NCBI GenBank assembly: GCA_016839585.1
Contig: JAEOTZ010000072.1
Span: 32,001 to 96,000, forward strand
DNA: 64,000 nt
Source: Promethearchaeota archaeon
Lineage (GTDB): Archaea; Asgardarchaeota; Lokiarchaeia; Sigyniarchaeales; SOKP01
Direction of reading: 5' to 3'
Every line of letters starts with the position of its first letter. Position 1 is the stretch's first letter. A model generated the notes under the pieces. That model searched no databases and was not told the origin of the DNA. It saw only the letters and a program-made list of their open reading frames with translations. The position numbers were made by a program, and so were the translations under genes. This document shows positions 27,640-37,506 of this stretch, piece after piece.

Positions 27640-28236
27640 ATGAATCTGATATTTTTTATTAAATCTGCAACAGTTGATCTTGAAAACTACACTATTAAAG
27701 ATATTCCTGGATCTTCTGGTCGATTAGATGTAATATCACGGTGTATTCTTGCAGCAATATTAAGTAATAATAATTTTGAAAAAAAAATTGAAATTTGGGT
27801 ATTTTTGGATAATTATGGTACATATACCTTCAATCCAGAATCGCTAGATTATGCGAACTTTCCAAAAAATGAATTAATGCTTACAGATTATTTTGTTAAT
27901 TTCCTTCAAAAATTAAATTCAAAAGAAGAACTAAATCAGAATCCACTGAATTCTATTAAAATCTCAAAATTGAGTATTATTGAAGCAATAAAAAAATATC
28001 AACAAAGGAATTATTGTATTGTTGTTTTAAAAGAAGATGGTAAAGATTTTTTTAAATTAAGAAATATCATTCAAGAAAAGGATAATGTTATTTTCGTCAT
28101 TGGTAGTCAAGAAGGCAAATTTATTAATTCAAAGGAATTACAAGCTTTAAATCTTCCAAATCTTAGTATAGGAACTCAATCGTATTTAGCTTCATCAGTT
28201 ATACGACTAATTAAATTACATTTAAAGCCATTATAA
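27640..28236 (+). CDS. trmY: tRNA pseudouridine(54)-N1 methyltransferase (SPOUT)
   Basis: DIPGSSGRLDVISRCI, LKEDGKD, FVIG, LSIG..SYLAS. Confidence 0.88.
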   Translation: MNLIFFIKSATVDLENYTIKDIPGSSGRLDVISRCILAAILSNNNFEKKIEIWVFLDNYGTYTFNPESLDYANFPKNELMLTDYFVNFLQKLNSKEELNQNPLNSIKISKLSIIEAIKKYQQRNYCIVVLKEDGKDFFKLRNIIQEKDNVIFVIGSQEGKFINSKELQALNLPNLSIGTQSYLASSVIRLIKLHLKPL

Positions 28237-28299
28237 TAAATTTTTTATTAAAAAGAACTTTTAAAAGTATTACTTAAATTAAAGGATCTTGAAATCAAT

Positions 28300-29028
28300 T
28301 TGAGTGGAGATAATAGGAAACGAGTAAAACAAAAACAATTTGCAAACAAATTTATTGATGGTCCAGTAGAATTTCTAATTAAACATAACATTTCTCCAAA
28401 TACACTTTCATATTTAGGTTTTTTTTGTTCCTTAGGAGCAGCGTTTCTTATAGTATTGGGATTTATTCATCATTTTTTCTGGTTCGCTTGGCTTGTTCCA
28501 TTCTTACTGTTTTGGGCAGGTGCCTTTGATGTATTTGATGGTGAAGTTGCTAGAAGAACTGACAATATTACTAAATCCGGTGCTTTCCTTGATTCAAATT
28601 TAGATAGACTTTCTGATGCAGTGCTTATACTTGGATTAATATACGGTGGTTTTGTTCATTTTTTACTTGGTTATGTAATAATGTTTCTAATTATTATGAT
28701 CTCATATATTCGAGCAAGAGCAGAAAATGAAGGGATTAATATGAAGGGAATTGGCTTTATGGAAAGAGCAGAAAGACTAATATTTCTTATGATTGCCTTA
28801 ACTTTAGAAACATGGTTTTACTATTTTTCAGAATTAATGACAGGAAAACCTTGGACTATATACAATCCCATTATTACTTCAAAACCAGTAACCTGGTTCT
28901 TCCTATTTTTTATATTGGGTTATACTTTCTTGCTTATTTTAACAGTAGGACACAGATTATTGTATACGTTTAAATTCTTAAAAAATTCAAATGATAATAA
29001 AGAAGAAATGGATTTAAACAATACATAA
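28300..29028 (+). CDS. CDP-alcohol phosphatidyltransferase (archaetidylinositol-phosphate synthase-like)
   Basis: SPN; DVFDGEVARR...GAFLDSNLDRLSD; SYIRARAE; ERAER. Confidence 0.92.
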   Translation: MSGDNRKRVKQKQFANKFIDGPVEFLIKHNISPNTLSYLGFFCSLGAAFLIVLGFIHHFFWFAWLVPFLLFWAGAFDVFDGEVARRTDNITKSGAFLDSNLDRLSDAVLILGLIYGGFVHFLLGYVIMFLIIMISYIRARAENEGINMKGIGFMERAERLIFLMIALTLETWFYYFSELMTGKPWTIYNPIITSKPVTWFFLFFILGYTFLLILTVGHRLLYTFKFLKNSNDNKEEMDLNNT

Positions 29029-29150
29029 AAAGAATTTATATCTATTTTAACATTTCTACAAGAATCCATAAATTATTTAAGCCTTCTCTAATTCTAATAG
29101 TTAAAATATTAGAAGTTTTAATACAAACAATCTAAAACGAGGTCATAATT

Positions 29151-29426
29151 ATACCAAAGAAACGAAAATCGGGAGGAAAGTCTGGTTCGAGCAAAGGAAA
29201 ATATGGTTTAGTTCAATGCTCGAATTGTGGCAAACACATACCAAGAAGTAAAGCAAAAGCTTTTACTAAAAAAGTTAGTCTTGTAGATTATAGAATGTAT
29301 TCAGAATTAAAAAAACAGGGCACTATTATTCAAACACCAGTAAAAAAATCGTACCTTTGTGTGAGCTGTGCGATTCATAAGGGTAGGATTTCACAGAGAG
29401 CTAAAGTTGAACGTAAAATTGGGTAA
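29151..29426 (+). CDS. rps26e: 30S ribosomal protein S26e (91 aa, ATA start; absent from the ORF track)
   Basis: Manual translation (M)PKKRKSGGKS...VQCSNCGKHIPRSKA...YLCVSCAIH...; GAGGT upstream. Confidence 0.95.
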   Translation: MPKKRKSGGKSGSSKGKYGLVQCSNCGKHIPRSKAKAFTKKVSLVDYRMYSELKKQGTIIQTPVKKSYLCVSCAIHKGRISQRAKVERKIG

Positions 29427-29458
29427 TAGCTCATATCTTAAATAAATTAAAGGAATTT

Positions 29459-31456
29459 TTAATCAATTCCAATACTTTTGAAAAAACTTGGTAAAGTATA
29501 GATAATTTCACACTGATTTTCTTGAGTAATTTCAATAATAGCTCTAATTAAGTAAATGTTCCTAAGATCCTCATCAGGTTTGTATATTTTTACTTTCGCT
29601 GTTGGCTTTATCTTAAGTGTGTAATTTTCAGCAATTCCAGTGATATTTTCATTGGTTTTCACTTTGATTCCGAATAATCCTAACTCATAATGTGAAACAA
29701 TAAATAGAATTTGATTTTTGTTTTCATTTATTTTTTCAAAATGAACTACTTCTAAATAGTTCTCTTGAAGCTCTTTTGGAAGTTTTGAAAATGGAACTAG
29801 TTTTTTCTTGCCTGTAATATAAGGAAAGGGGGTATAAAATAAAACATTAAAACTTGAGATCTTTTTAATCTGTTCATTATATTTTTCCACATCTTTAACA
29901 GAATATGCTTTATCTAGTAAAATATCCAATTTACCTTCAGTAATATCTTCAGCACTATAACCTTGCAGTACTGTGGCAATATAAGCTCTTTTTAATTTTT
30001 CTATTAAAATTTCACTTTTAAAAGGTAATTTGTAATCAATAGATATTTCTAAAGCTTGATTATATAAATTAGCACCAATCTGAGGATGCCCCAATGCTAA
30101 AAAATAATCACCTAACTCACTAAATACAATAATAGCATCTAAAAAATTTTCTTCTAGATCCATGCTTGATATTTCTTCCATAATATTCATAGCTGTATTC
30201 TTATCTTCTCCTTGAATGTAAATAGCAATAGCTTTTCCTATAGCACATTTTAATTTAAGTTTATCATCCTCATAAATCTCTGCCAATTCTTCAGTGAAGT
30301 TATATTGCAATATCGCAGATTTATATAATCCGTGAAAAAGAAAAATTAAAGCCTTTAAATAATTTAAAGTTAAGCATGTTTGATAGTTATGAATTATGAT
30401 TGAAAATAATGCTGCTCTCTCAATAGAATCAATTGCAGCATTTACTCGCCCTAACGATACTAACATAAATCCTCTTAAAAATTCCATTTTTGATATTTCA
30501 GAACATATTAATTGTTCTACAATTTCATAATCTTTTCGCTTGTTTAACTGTCCTGCTGCTACCTGTAGTAGGGATGATAAAAACCCATTTCCTTTTTTCA
30601 AAAATTTGACGGCGTCCTTAGATGCGTTTTTTACAATTGCTTCTCGAGCCCGAATTATATATTCACGAGAGATTTTTAAATTTTCAAGAAAATTAATTAT
30701 ATTTGCGATTTTCTCTTCCTTACTCGCAGGAAGATCTTGATTATCTATATATTTTTCTGCTATTTCAATATCGTCAGCATATTGTGTTGTTCCGATTTCA
30801 AACTTTACTCCTACATCTGGATTTTCTATCTCTAAATCAGAAGAAATAATACTACTCTCTGTTACACTCACAGCCCTCTCAATCAACCATGTGATTTTTT
30901 CTTCAGCAGGATAAATTTTTGAACGTTCAATCATGTAAGAAAGAGTATAGTTTAGACTTCGTTTCCAAATATTCTTAAAATAACTACGCATTTGAGGTTT
31001 TGAGATAGTTCTTTGAATTTTCAATAAAAAACTTGAGAGTGATAGAATATTTATTCTACCTTTATATAATAAATTTGTATTTTTAGCTAGTTTAAAATCA
31101 TCTGTTACTAAATGAACTTCAGCATTTTCTTTCTCTTTCATTAATTTTTTTCCCAATACAACAAGAGTTAAATCAGGATCTTGAGCAGGAAATCTTATAT
31201 TGTGAGATAGTAAGTCTAACTTAATCTCAGCTAGTTCATCCTTTCTAACTTTAATAACATTAATTAATTTTTTGAATTTATCTAAAAAAGAGTGAGGTGC
31301 TCTAATCTCATTAAAAACAACTTCTGAGATATAATACTCGAAACCTAAATCTAAAGCTACTTTATTTAAGTTTCCCAGAATATCCCGTGCTCTAATTGAA
31401 TTCATACATATAAAAAAATTTGCATCAAACACAATTTGCTGTTTATGGAAAGACAT
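29459..31456 (-). CDS. PIN-domain protein with TPR-like helical repeats
   Basis: IVFDANFF, ISEVVFNEI, DPDLTL, VTDD PIN residues; ELGDYFLALG...YNQALEI repeats. Confidence 0.75.
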   Translation of the reverse strand: MSFHKQQIVFDANFFICMNSIRARDILGNLNKVALDLGFEYYISEVVFNEIRAPHSFLDKFKKLINVIKVRKDELAEIKLDLLSHNIRFPAQDPDLTLVVLGKKLMKEKENAEVHLVTDDFKLAKNTNLLYKGRINILSLSSFLLKIQRTISKPQMRSYFKNIWKRSLNYTLSYMIERSKIYPAEEKITWLIERAVSVTESSIISSDLEIENPDVGVKFEIGTTQYADDIEIAEKYIDNQDLPASKEEKIANIINFLENLKISREYIIRAREAIVKNASKDAVKFLKKGNGFLSSLLQVAAGQLNKRKDYEIVEQLICSEISKMEFLRGFMLVSLGRVNAAIDSIERAALFSIIIHNYQTCLTLNYLKALIFLFHGLYKSAILQYNFTEELAEIYEDDKLKLKCAIGKAIAIYIQGEDKNTAMNIMEEISSMDLEENFLDAIIVFSELGDYFLALGHPQIGANLYNQALEISIDYKLPFKSEILIEKLKRAYIATVLQGYSAEDITEGKLDILLDKAYSVKDVEKYNEQIKKISSFNVLFYTPFPYITGKKKLVPFSKLPKELQENYLEVVHFEKINENKNQILFIVSHYELGLFGIKVKTNENITGIAENYTLKIKPTAKVKIYKPDEDLRNIYLIRAIIEITQENQCEIIYTLPSFFKSIGID

Positions 31457-31559
31457 AAAATATCGAGAGCGTTTTTTATTCTATAATATATTTAACTAAT
31501 ATTAATTTTTTTTAAATTTTTCAGATATTTATAATAATATTAAAATAGCTAAAATCAAG

Positions 31560-32075
31560 TTGATATGTGTGACATCAGTGATCAGTGTTATTGGATATTC
31601 TGGAAGTGGAAAAACGCACTTTATATTAAATGCTATAAAATTATTAAAAAAGAATTTGAATAAAGAAGTTTCTGTGATCAAATTTATTCATGAGCATCAA
31701 ATTGATAAAGTGGGAAAAGATTCATACAAATATTCTGAAGTAGGAGCGAGTTATTCTGTTTTAAAAAATATTGATAATGAGACAACAATTTTTCTAAAAA
31801 AAAATGCTGATATTACTTCAATAATAGAATGGCTAAGAAATGGTCCATATAAAACAGATTTTATATTTACAGAAGGTTTTAGAGAACTAAATTATCCAAC
31901 TGTATTATGTATCAAAAATGTTGATGATGTTGAATCTCAGTTAACAAAAAATGTAAAAATGATTTCTGGGTCAATTTATTTAATGAAAGACTATGAAAAG
32001 TATTACTTAGATTTGCCAATAATTAATATTGAAAAGGATTTTAAGAGATTTTTAGAAATTTTTAATATTAAATAA
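31560..32075 (+). CDS. mobB: Molybdopterin-guanine dinucleotide biosynthesis protein B
   Basis: GYSGSGKT, IK..H.H.ID..GKDS, TEGFR. Confidence 0.88.
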   Translation: MICVTSVISVIGYSGSGKTHFILNAIKLLKKNLNKEVSVIKFIHEHQIDKVGKDSYKYSEVGASYSVLKNIDNETTIFLKKNADITSIIEWLRNGPYKTDFIFTEGFRELNYPTVLCIKNVDDVESQLTKNVKMISGSIYLMKDYEKYYLDLPIINIEKDFKRFLEIFNIK

Positions 32076-32092
32076 ATTGATAAAAATAAATT

Positions 32093-34021
32093 TTATTCAA
32101 AATTTTTCCAAACTCTAGCAAACTGATGACATAAAAACTTGAAATCTTGTAAATTTTTTTTCCCTTCAGTATTTGAGAGAAAAAATTCGCTTAATTTTTC
32201 ATAGACTTCAGTTTCATTTGAAAGATTATTTACTGAATCCTTAATCATCGAGATAAAGTTATGAATTGGTAAAATAATTTCAAATAATAACCATTCTTCA
32301 AAAAAGATTTGATCTGAAAGAGATTGTATATTATAAGTGATCATAATTTGCGTCAAGTCTTCCATTGTATAAAAATATTTATCTGGAATCTCAATCTTAT
32401 AAGTTTCCAGATCTTTTTTAAGCTGTTCCTTATTTAAACTGATAATATAATCTGGCCAAACATCATCCGAATAGTTTACATCTTGGAAAACAAACAATTC
32501 TAAAACTCTTAAGGCTATATTTTTACCAATATAACGACTACGTGGATCAATGAAATTCTTTGATGCTTCATCTGGAGTGGGTTGAATAAATATTTTCTCT
32601 ATTATTACATAAAGAATTCTACAAATATGGTCTGCAATAATATTAAAATTAAATGGAGTATTATTTGGATCCTCACATAAGGCTTTATTTTCACGATCCA
32701 TCAGATCAAAAAAGTTTGAATTTAAACTCTTTAAAAAAGCCCTAAAAAATCCATAGTTTAATTGAGAAACATTTTTATTAAATATTTTTTGAAAAAATAG
32801 ATCGATATCATCTATATTTGAAGCGATAGATAAAAAATTCAAAAACTTACCAATATTTTTAATTGAATTAGAATCAATAACATTATGTACTCTTTTATTA
32901 TACTGATTTAATGTCGTTTTAAATATTTCAGGTAAAAATAATAAATCACTTACTTCTAAGGCTTCAAGACCAACCCCAAAATAATATTTCATATATAATA
33001 AAAATAGATTTAATTGAGATTTTGCTGATGGAAGGTTATTTGCTTGAAATGTAGCATATAAAGTAGATTTTTTGTCAAGAAAATTGAAAATTTTAATTAT
33101 TGAATTTTTTTTCTCTACACTATACTCCATATTAGCTAAAAAACTTTTTTTAATAATATCAATTTTGGAAAACACAGAATCTTCTACTCGAGATCCAACA
33201 AAATTAATAAAATCTAAAATGGGAGAAAAACTTTGTAATAATTTACATTTTCTATAGAAATAATACAACAAGTCAACTAAATTTTCTTTTGAATTTGGAT
33301 ATTCTTCTAAAGCAATTTGATATAAGTTCTCTCTTCCTTTCAATAATTTGTTATAAAATTCTTCTGGAACCCCCCTAAAATATTTAAGAAAATAATATAA
33401 AACCATGTTATAATAAGAGTTAAAAATTGCATCTTTACTATCCTTTATTATTATCATAAAATTCAGATCCAAACCTTTTTCTTCTTCTTTAACGTTAACA
33501 CCATCAAGTAAAATAAAGATTTTTTTATTAATTGTCTTTCTGATTACGGTTCCTAAAAGTCGAATAAGTAAATATAGATATCCTGCTGGAAATGAAAAGA
33601 TATATAATAAATCTTCTTGTATGCTGTTAGAAATATTATCAAAATATTTCTTTACTTCTAGAGTTAAAAAATAATTATATTCTAAAATTAAAATTTTCTC
33701 AGAGATTTTTTCTTTAATTATTATTTTTAATGAGTTTTCATTAATTCCAAAAAAATTTTCAACAAAATACTTAAAAAAATCATGAAAATTCTCATAAAAA
33801 AAGGTGGTAAATGTTTTTTTTAATACTTTTTTTTGATTTTTTAACTTAAAATCATTCCATTTTGCTTTAATGTCTTTTTTAAATTGTTCAAACTGATCTT
33901 TTTTCCTTTCTAAAATTTCAATAAATATGTCTGTTTCCGTTTTGTAATTGGGACTTTTCCCTATAGCTCTTTCTTCTATGAAATTTAAAATATCTTGTAA
34001 ATCTTCAATAGCCATTCTCAA
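32093..34021 (-). CDS. Hypothetical protein (642 aa)
   Basis: Long uninterrupted ORF; no recognised motif. Confidence 0.8.
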   Translation of the reverse strand: MRMAIEDLQDILNFIEERAIGKSPNYKTETDIFIEILERKKDQFEQFKKDIKAKWNDFKLKNQKKVLKKTFTTFFYENFHDFFKYFVENFFGINENSLKIIIKEKISEKILILEYNYFLTLEVKKYFDNISNSIQEDLLYIFSFPAGYLYLLIRLLGTVIRKTINKKIFILLDGVNVKEEEKGLDLNFMIIIKDSKDAIFNSYYNMVLYYFLKYFRGVPEEFYNKLLKGRENLYQIALEEYPNSKENLVDLLYYFYRKCKLLQSFSPILDFINFVGSRVEDSVFSKIDIIKKSFLANMEYSVEKKNSIIKIFNFLDKKSTLYATFQANNLPSAKSQLNLFLLYMKYYFGVGLEALEVSDLLFLPEIFKTTLNQYNKRVHNVIDSNSIKNIGKFLNFLSIASNIDDIDLFFQKIFNKNVSQLNYGFFRAFLKSLNSNFFDLMDRENKALCEDPNNTPFNFNIIADHICRILYVIIEKIFIQPTPDEASKNFIDPRSRYIGKNIALRVLELFVFQDVNYSDDVWPDYIISLNKEQLKKDLETYKIEIPDKYFYTMEDLTQIMITYNIQSLSDQIFFEEWLLFEIILPIHNFISMIKDSVNNLSNETEVYEKLSEFFLSNTEGKKNLQDFKFLCHQFARVWKNFE

Positions 34022-34198
34022 ACAAACATTAAATTGAAATGTTAAAATCCAATATAAAACAACCCTTAATATTAAAAAGTATATATAATATTTAATAAAA
34101 TTTAGAAAATAAAAATATTAGTTAACAATAAAAAACCTGTTAATATCTGCTAAAGTTGAAAAAATTTTATTATTTTCTGAGATCAATCTATAGGTAAA

Positions 34199-35236
34199 TT
34201 AAAAAATTTTTGTAATATCATCTGTCTCAGAATACTCTAAAGTTTTTATTTTTCCATCTTTTTCTTCAATCTTTAATCCTTCTTTTTTGGTTTTAACTTC
34301 TCCTATTATTTCAGCATCTATTCTATTCTTTCTTAATAAATTAATTAATTCAGATGAATCTTTTTTTTCTAAAGTAATCAATAAAGAACCGGAAGATATC
34401 GTATTTAATGGGTTGAGATTAAAAGTTTTACTTAACTCTAAAGGCTCTGGAAGAATTTTTATTTTTTTTTTTAATATTAAAGCACCTGTATTAGAAGCCA
34501 TCGCCATTTCAGCAATACCAGTGGCAAGTCCTCCTTCAGTTGGGTCATGCATTGATTTAATATGAAAATGCTGATTAGCTAAAAGAGCTTCCTTTAAAAC
34601 ACTTATACCTGGATTATAAAGATAATTCTTACATTTTTCTATAAAATCGGAAGAATACTCCTTTTCTAACAGTAAATTTTCTTTTTCTCGACCAATAATA
34701 GATGTTCCTTCAATAAAAACGCCTTTAGTCAATATTAGAACATCACCGGGTTCTGCTCCTGATGTTAAAACTAGTTTTTCTTTCTCAACTTCCCCTAATA
34801 AAGAACCAATTACAATAGGTCTTTCAAGTCCTAAGGAAATTTCTGTGTGACCTCCAATAACAGTTATATTCATAGCTTTACAAGTATCATGGATGCTTTT
34901 ATATATATCTTCAATTAATTCAATTGTTGTACCATTTTCTGGTAAAAGAATTGTTGATTGAAACCATTTTGGTTTTGCTCCCATACAGACAACATCATTA
35001 ACATTCACATTTACAGCATAGTATCCAATCTCATTTGTTGTAAATGTAATAGGATCTGTTTTTGCTACTAGATATTTATTACCAATATCAATAACCGCTG
35101 CATCTTCTCCGATTTTAGAGCCCATAATTACTCTTTTATCTTGATTTATTAAATCTGAAGCAAAATCTTTTAGCATTCTAGCTAAGTATTTATGTTTGAG
35201 TTTCCCAACTGTGAAACTATGGTTATTATTTGTCAT
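34199..35236 (-). CDS. AIR synthase-related protein (PurM/HypE-like)
   Basis: GEDAAV, TDPIT, VNVNDV..MGAKP, GGHTE, MHDPTEGG, ISSGSL. Confidence 0.9.
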   Translation of the reverse strand: MTNNNHSFTVGKLKHKYLARMLKDFASDLINQDKRVIMGSKIGEDAAVIDIGNKYLVAKTDPITFTTNEIGYYAVNVNVNDVVCMGAKPKWFQSTILLPENGTTIELIEDIYKSIHDTCKAMNITVIGGHTEISLGLERPIVIGSLLGEVEKEKLVLTSGAEPGDVLILTKGVFIEGTSIIGREKENLLLEKEYSSDFIEKCKNYLYNPGISVLKEALLANQHFHIKSMHDPTEGGLATGIAEMAMASNTGALILKKKIKILPEPLELSKTFNLNPLNTISSGSLLITLEKKDSSELINLLRKNRIDAEIIGEVKTKKEGLKIEEKDGKIKTLEYSETDDITKIF

Positions 35237-35430
35237 CGATTATCATTATATTAATTTGGTTATAAAATCTCTTAATTTATTAAAAAATAATCCTATAAAG
35301 CTTAATAATATCTGAGAAAAACATAAAGAATTCATCACAAAAATTATATTTACCCTTAAAGGTTAATTATATTTATAAATTAGATATTTAATTCAAAACT
35401 GAAAAAAAAATTAAAAAGGTCTTGATAGCT

Positions 35431-35991
35431 ATGAGTTTTGCTAAATCATTTGGATTGAGCTTAGTTATTTTTATTGGTCTAAATGTGGTGTTTTTCTTTA
35501 TTGGATACGCACTCATTGATGGCGGATTAGATGCGTTTTTCACTGCTTTAGAAACTGACTTATCAGTTATTCTAGAACCATTATTTGGACCCTTATTTGG
35601 TCCAATTATTGCAGGGGCACTTTTAGGGGATCCTTTAATTCCAGATACAGGAATGGGACCTGAATCAATTTTATACACTGTTTTAGTAGTATCTGATCTA
35701 GAATTAGGTTTTATCGTATTACTGATTGGCTATATTGCAGCTCCTTTAGTTGCTGCTATACTGGCAGGAAGATTCGCAGAGAATAAGATTGAAGCCTTAT
35801 TAGGATGGTTTTTAGCTACTATGGTAAGTGCTGTTATTGTTGTAAGCTGGAGAATCTATGTTCTGAGTGATACAGGTTATCCTGCAGGTTCTATAATAGA
35901 TTTCGCGATTTTCACAACAGGATTAGGTGCTATAATTGGTATCTTTTATAGTTGTTTTGCTTTACTTTTCACATCAACAGAATATTTTTAA
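35431..35991 (+). CDS. Hypothetical multi-pass membrane protein
   Basis: Several hydrophobic segments; ATG at 35431. Confidence 0.75.
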   Translation: MSFAKSFGLSLVIFIGLNVVFFFIGYALIDGGLDAFFTALETDLSVILEPLFGPLFGPIIAGALLGDPLIPDTGMGPESILYTVLVVSDLELGFIVLLIGYIAAPLVAAILAGRFAENKIEALLGWFLATMVSAVIVVSWRIYVLSDTGYPAGSIIDFAIFTTGLGAIIGIFYSCFALLFTSTEYF

Positions 35992-36070
35992 ATCTAAATA
36001 TTCATTAATACATCTTTTTTTTCTATTACTAAATACTTTATTCTAAAAATAGAAGATGAATTTAATTATA

Positions 36071-36373
36071 TTAGGTTTTTCTGAGTATTTCTTTTAAGTA
36101 TAGTTTCATGAAATACCTTTGGCTATTACAGAATTCGAATTTTTGCTTTGTTGTCAAAGTTGAACAATTTAATAAGATAAGATGAAGGCTTTTGATAATA
36201 TCGAAATTATCGTCCAAATCATTTATAATTTCTTTGTTTAATTGATTATGAGAATTTTCTTTAAATTTTCTCTTTAATTGAACCTCTTTCTTATCTAGGC
36301 TTATTAATTCCTTAATTTTATAATTTTCTTTTACACTTTCAAATCTCTTGTTGTTAATTCTACCCGAACTCAT
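36071..36373 (-). CDS. Hypothetical protein
   Basis: 100-aa ATG ORF. Confidence 0.55.
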   Translation of the reverse strand: MSSGRINNKRFESVKENYKIKELISLDKKEVQLKRKFKENSHNQLNKEIINDLDDNFDIIKSLHLILLNCSTLTTKQKFEFCNSQRYFMKLYLKEILRKT

Positions 36374-36984
36374 ATCTCATCTTATCAAAATTATCATTTA
36401 ATTTCCTTATTTTTTATAATAATATTCTTAAGTTTCAGATTTAATACCCAAATAGAATGTATATTCCGATAGATTCATTATTTACAATGACATTTATGGA
36501 AAAAGTACTTTTTTTCTCAGATTTTACATATACTATTATTTTACTTATATAAATTTGATAGCGGAGCTTTTATTAATGGATTAATAAAATAATTTCTGAT
36601 TAATTCAAGAAATTTTCATGAGACTGAATTCTATATAGAAATAGGAAAGAAGGATAACAAAATTCAAATCTAAAATAAAATAAGTATTTTGAGGGCGAAA
36701 TCCAATGTGAGATTGAAAGTTTTGTTTCCCTTCTTATTAATTGCTTTATACTTACCTTTAAAAACTAAACAAAAAAACACTGGAATTATATAAATGTTTA
36801 AGATAAGAGAATTCACGAGAAGGTTTAGGTTTTCAGAAAATTTAAGGTTTTAAGAGATTTTCTCATAAAGTTTTTTTTAATCCTTCTCGCAGTCCTCTCT
36901 ATAAAATAAGTTAAAATAGTGATCAATTCAGTAACTAGAAGTTTTAAAACAAGTATTTAAATGGCAAAAACGAATATGAAAAGG

Positions 36985-37230
36985 TTATTCATTTATATTT
37001 TCCTTAATAAAGCAAATTGGAATAGTTGAAATCATAATTAGAATTCCAGCAATCATGATTATTATTTCAGTATCAATATGGTTAAATAAATATGTACCCA
37101 TAGGAGTGAAAACAACATTAGCAGCTATACTAAATAAAGCCATTAATTGATAATAGAAGACTTTGTTTTGAGAAAGTTCCATCATTATTGAAAGCAAACT
37201 CAATAATAAAATAAAAATTAAGGGAAGCAC
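36985..37230 (-). pseudogene. Possible C-terminal remnant of an MFS-type transporter
   Basis: Three hydrophobic segments ending FIKE, reminiscent of MFS C-termini; weak start. Confidence 0.35.
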
Positions 37231-37252
37231 CCTTAATTGTAAATATAAAATG

Positions 37253-37320
37253 TTAAATTCGAATTTAATAGTTCATTAAAAGGAACTGAAATTCGAATTT
37301 CACTGCCATTTAGGGAACTG
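37253..37320. repeat. Two 16-bp palindromes (core AAATTCGAATTT) in a degenerate 32-34-bp tandem repeat
   Basis: TTAAATTCGAATTTAA 37253-37268 and TGAAATTCGAATTTCA 37287-37302, each followed by CATT...GGAACTG. Confidence 0.75.
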
Positions 37321-37506
37321 TCTCTCCACCAAAATACATTATAATAAACCTCCTCCCGTTAACCAATGTGTAGACAACCTTATCTACAAAAATATATTTC
37401 TAGATTTATTTTTAAAGTACTCGAAAAAATAGTTAAATAATTAATAAAATATTAAATATGGTTTTGCTTAATTGTATCTGATTAGGTAAAAAATATAGAA
37501 TTCATC

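Noticed and set aside
29173-29182. GAGGAAAGTC, resembling the RNase P RNA P4 motif
   Set aside because: It lies inside the rps26e coding sequence, and no 3' P4 partner or GC-rich structure is present.
36807-36900. CGAGAAGG/CCTTCTCG inverted repeat, loosely similar to 42699-42793, as a possible MITE family
   Set aside because: Similarity is limited to about 10 nt; no clear terminal repeats or target-site duplication, and no transposase in the window.
37253-37320. Mini-CRISPR interpretation of the palindromic repeats
   Set aside because: Only two short units with similar, not unique, intervening sequence, and no cas genes.
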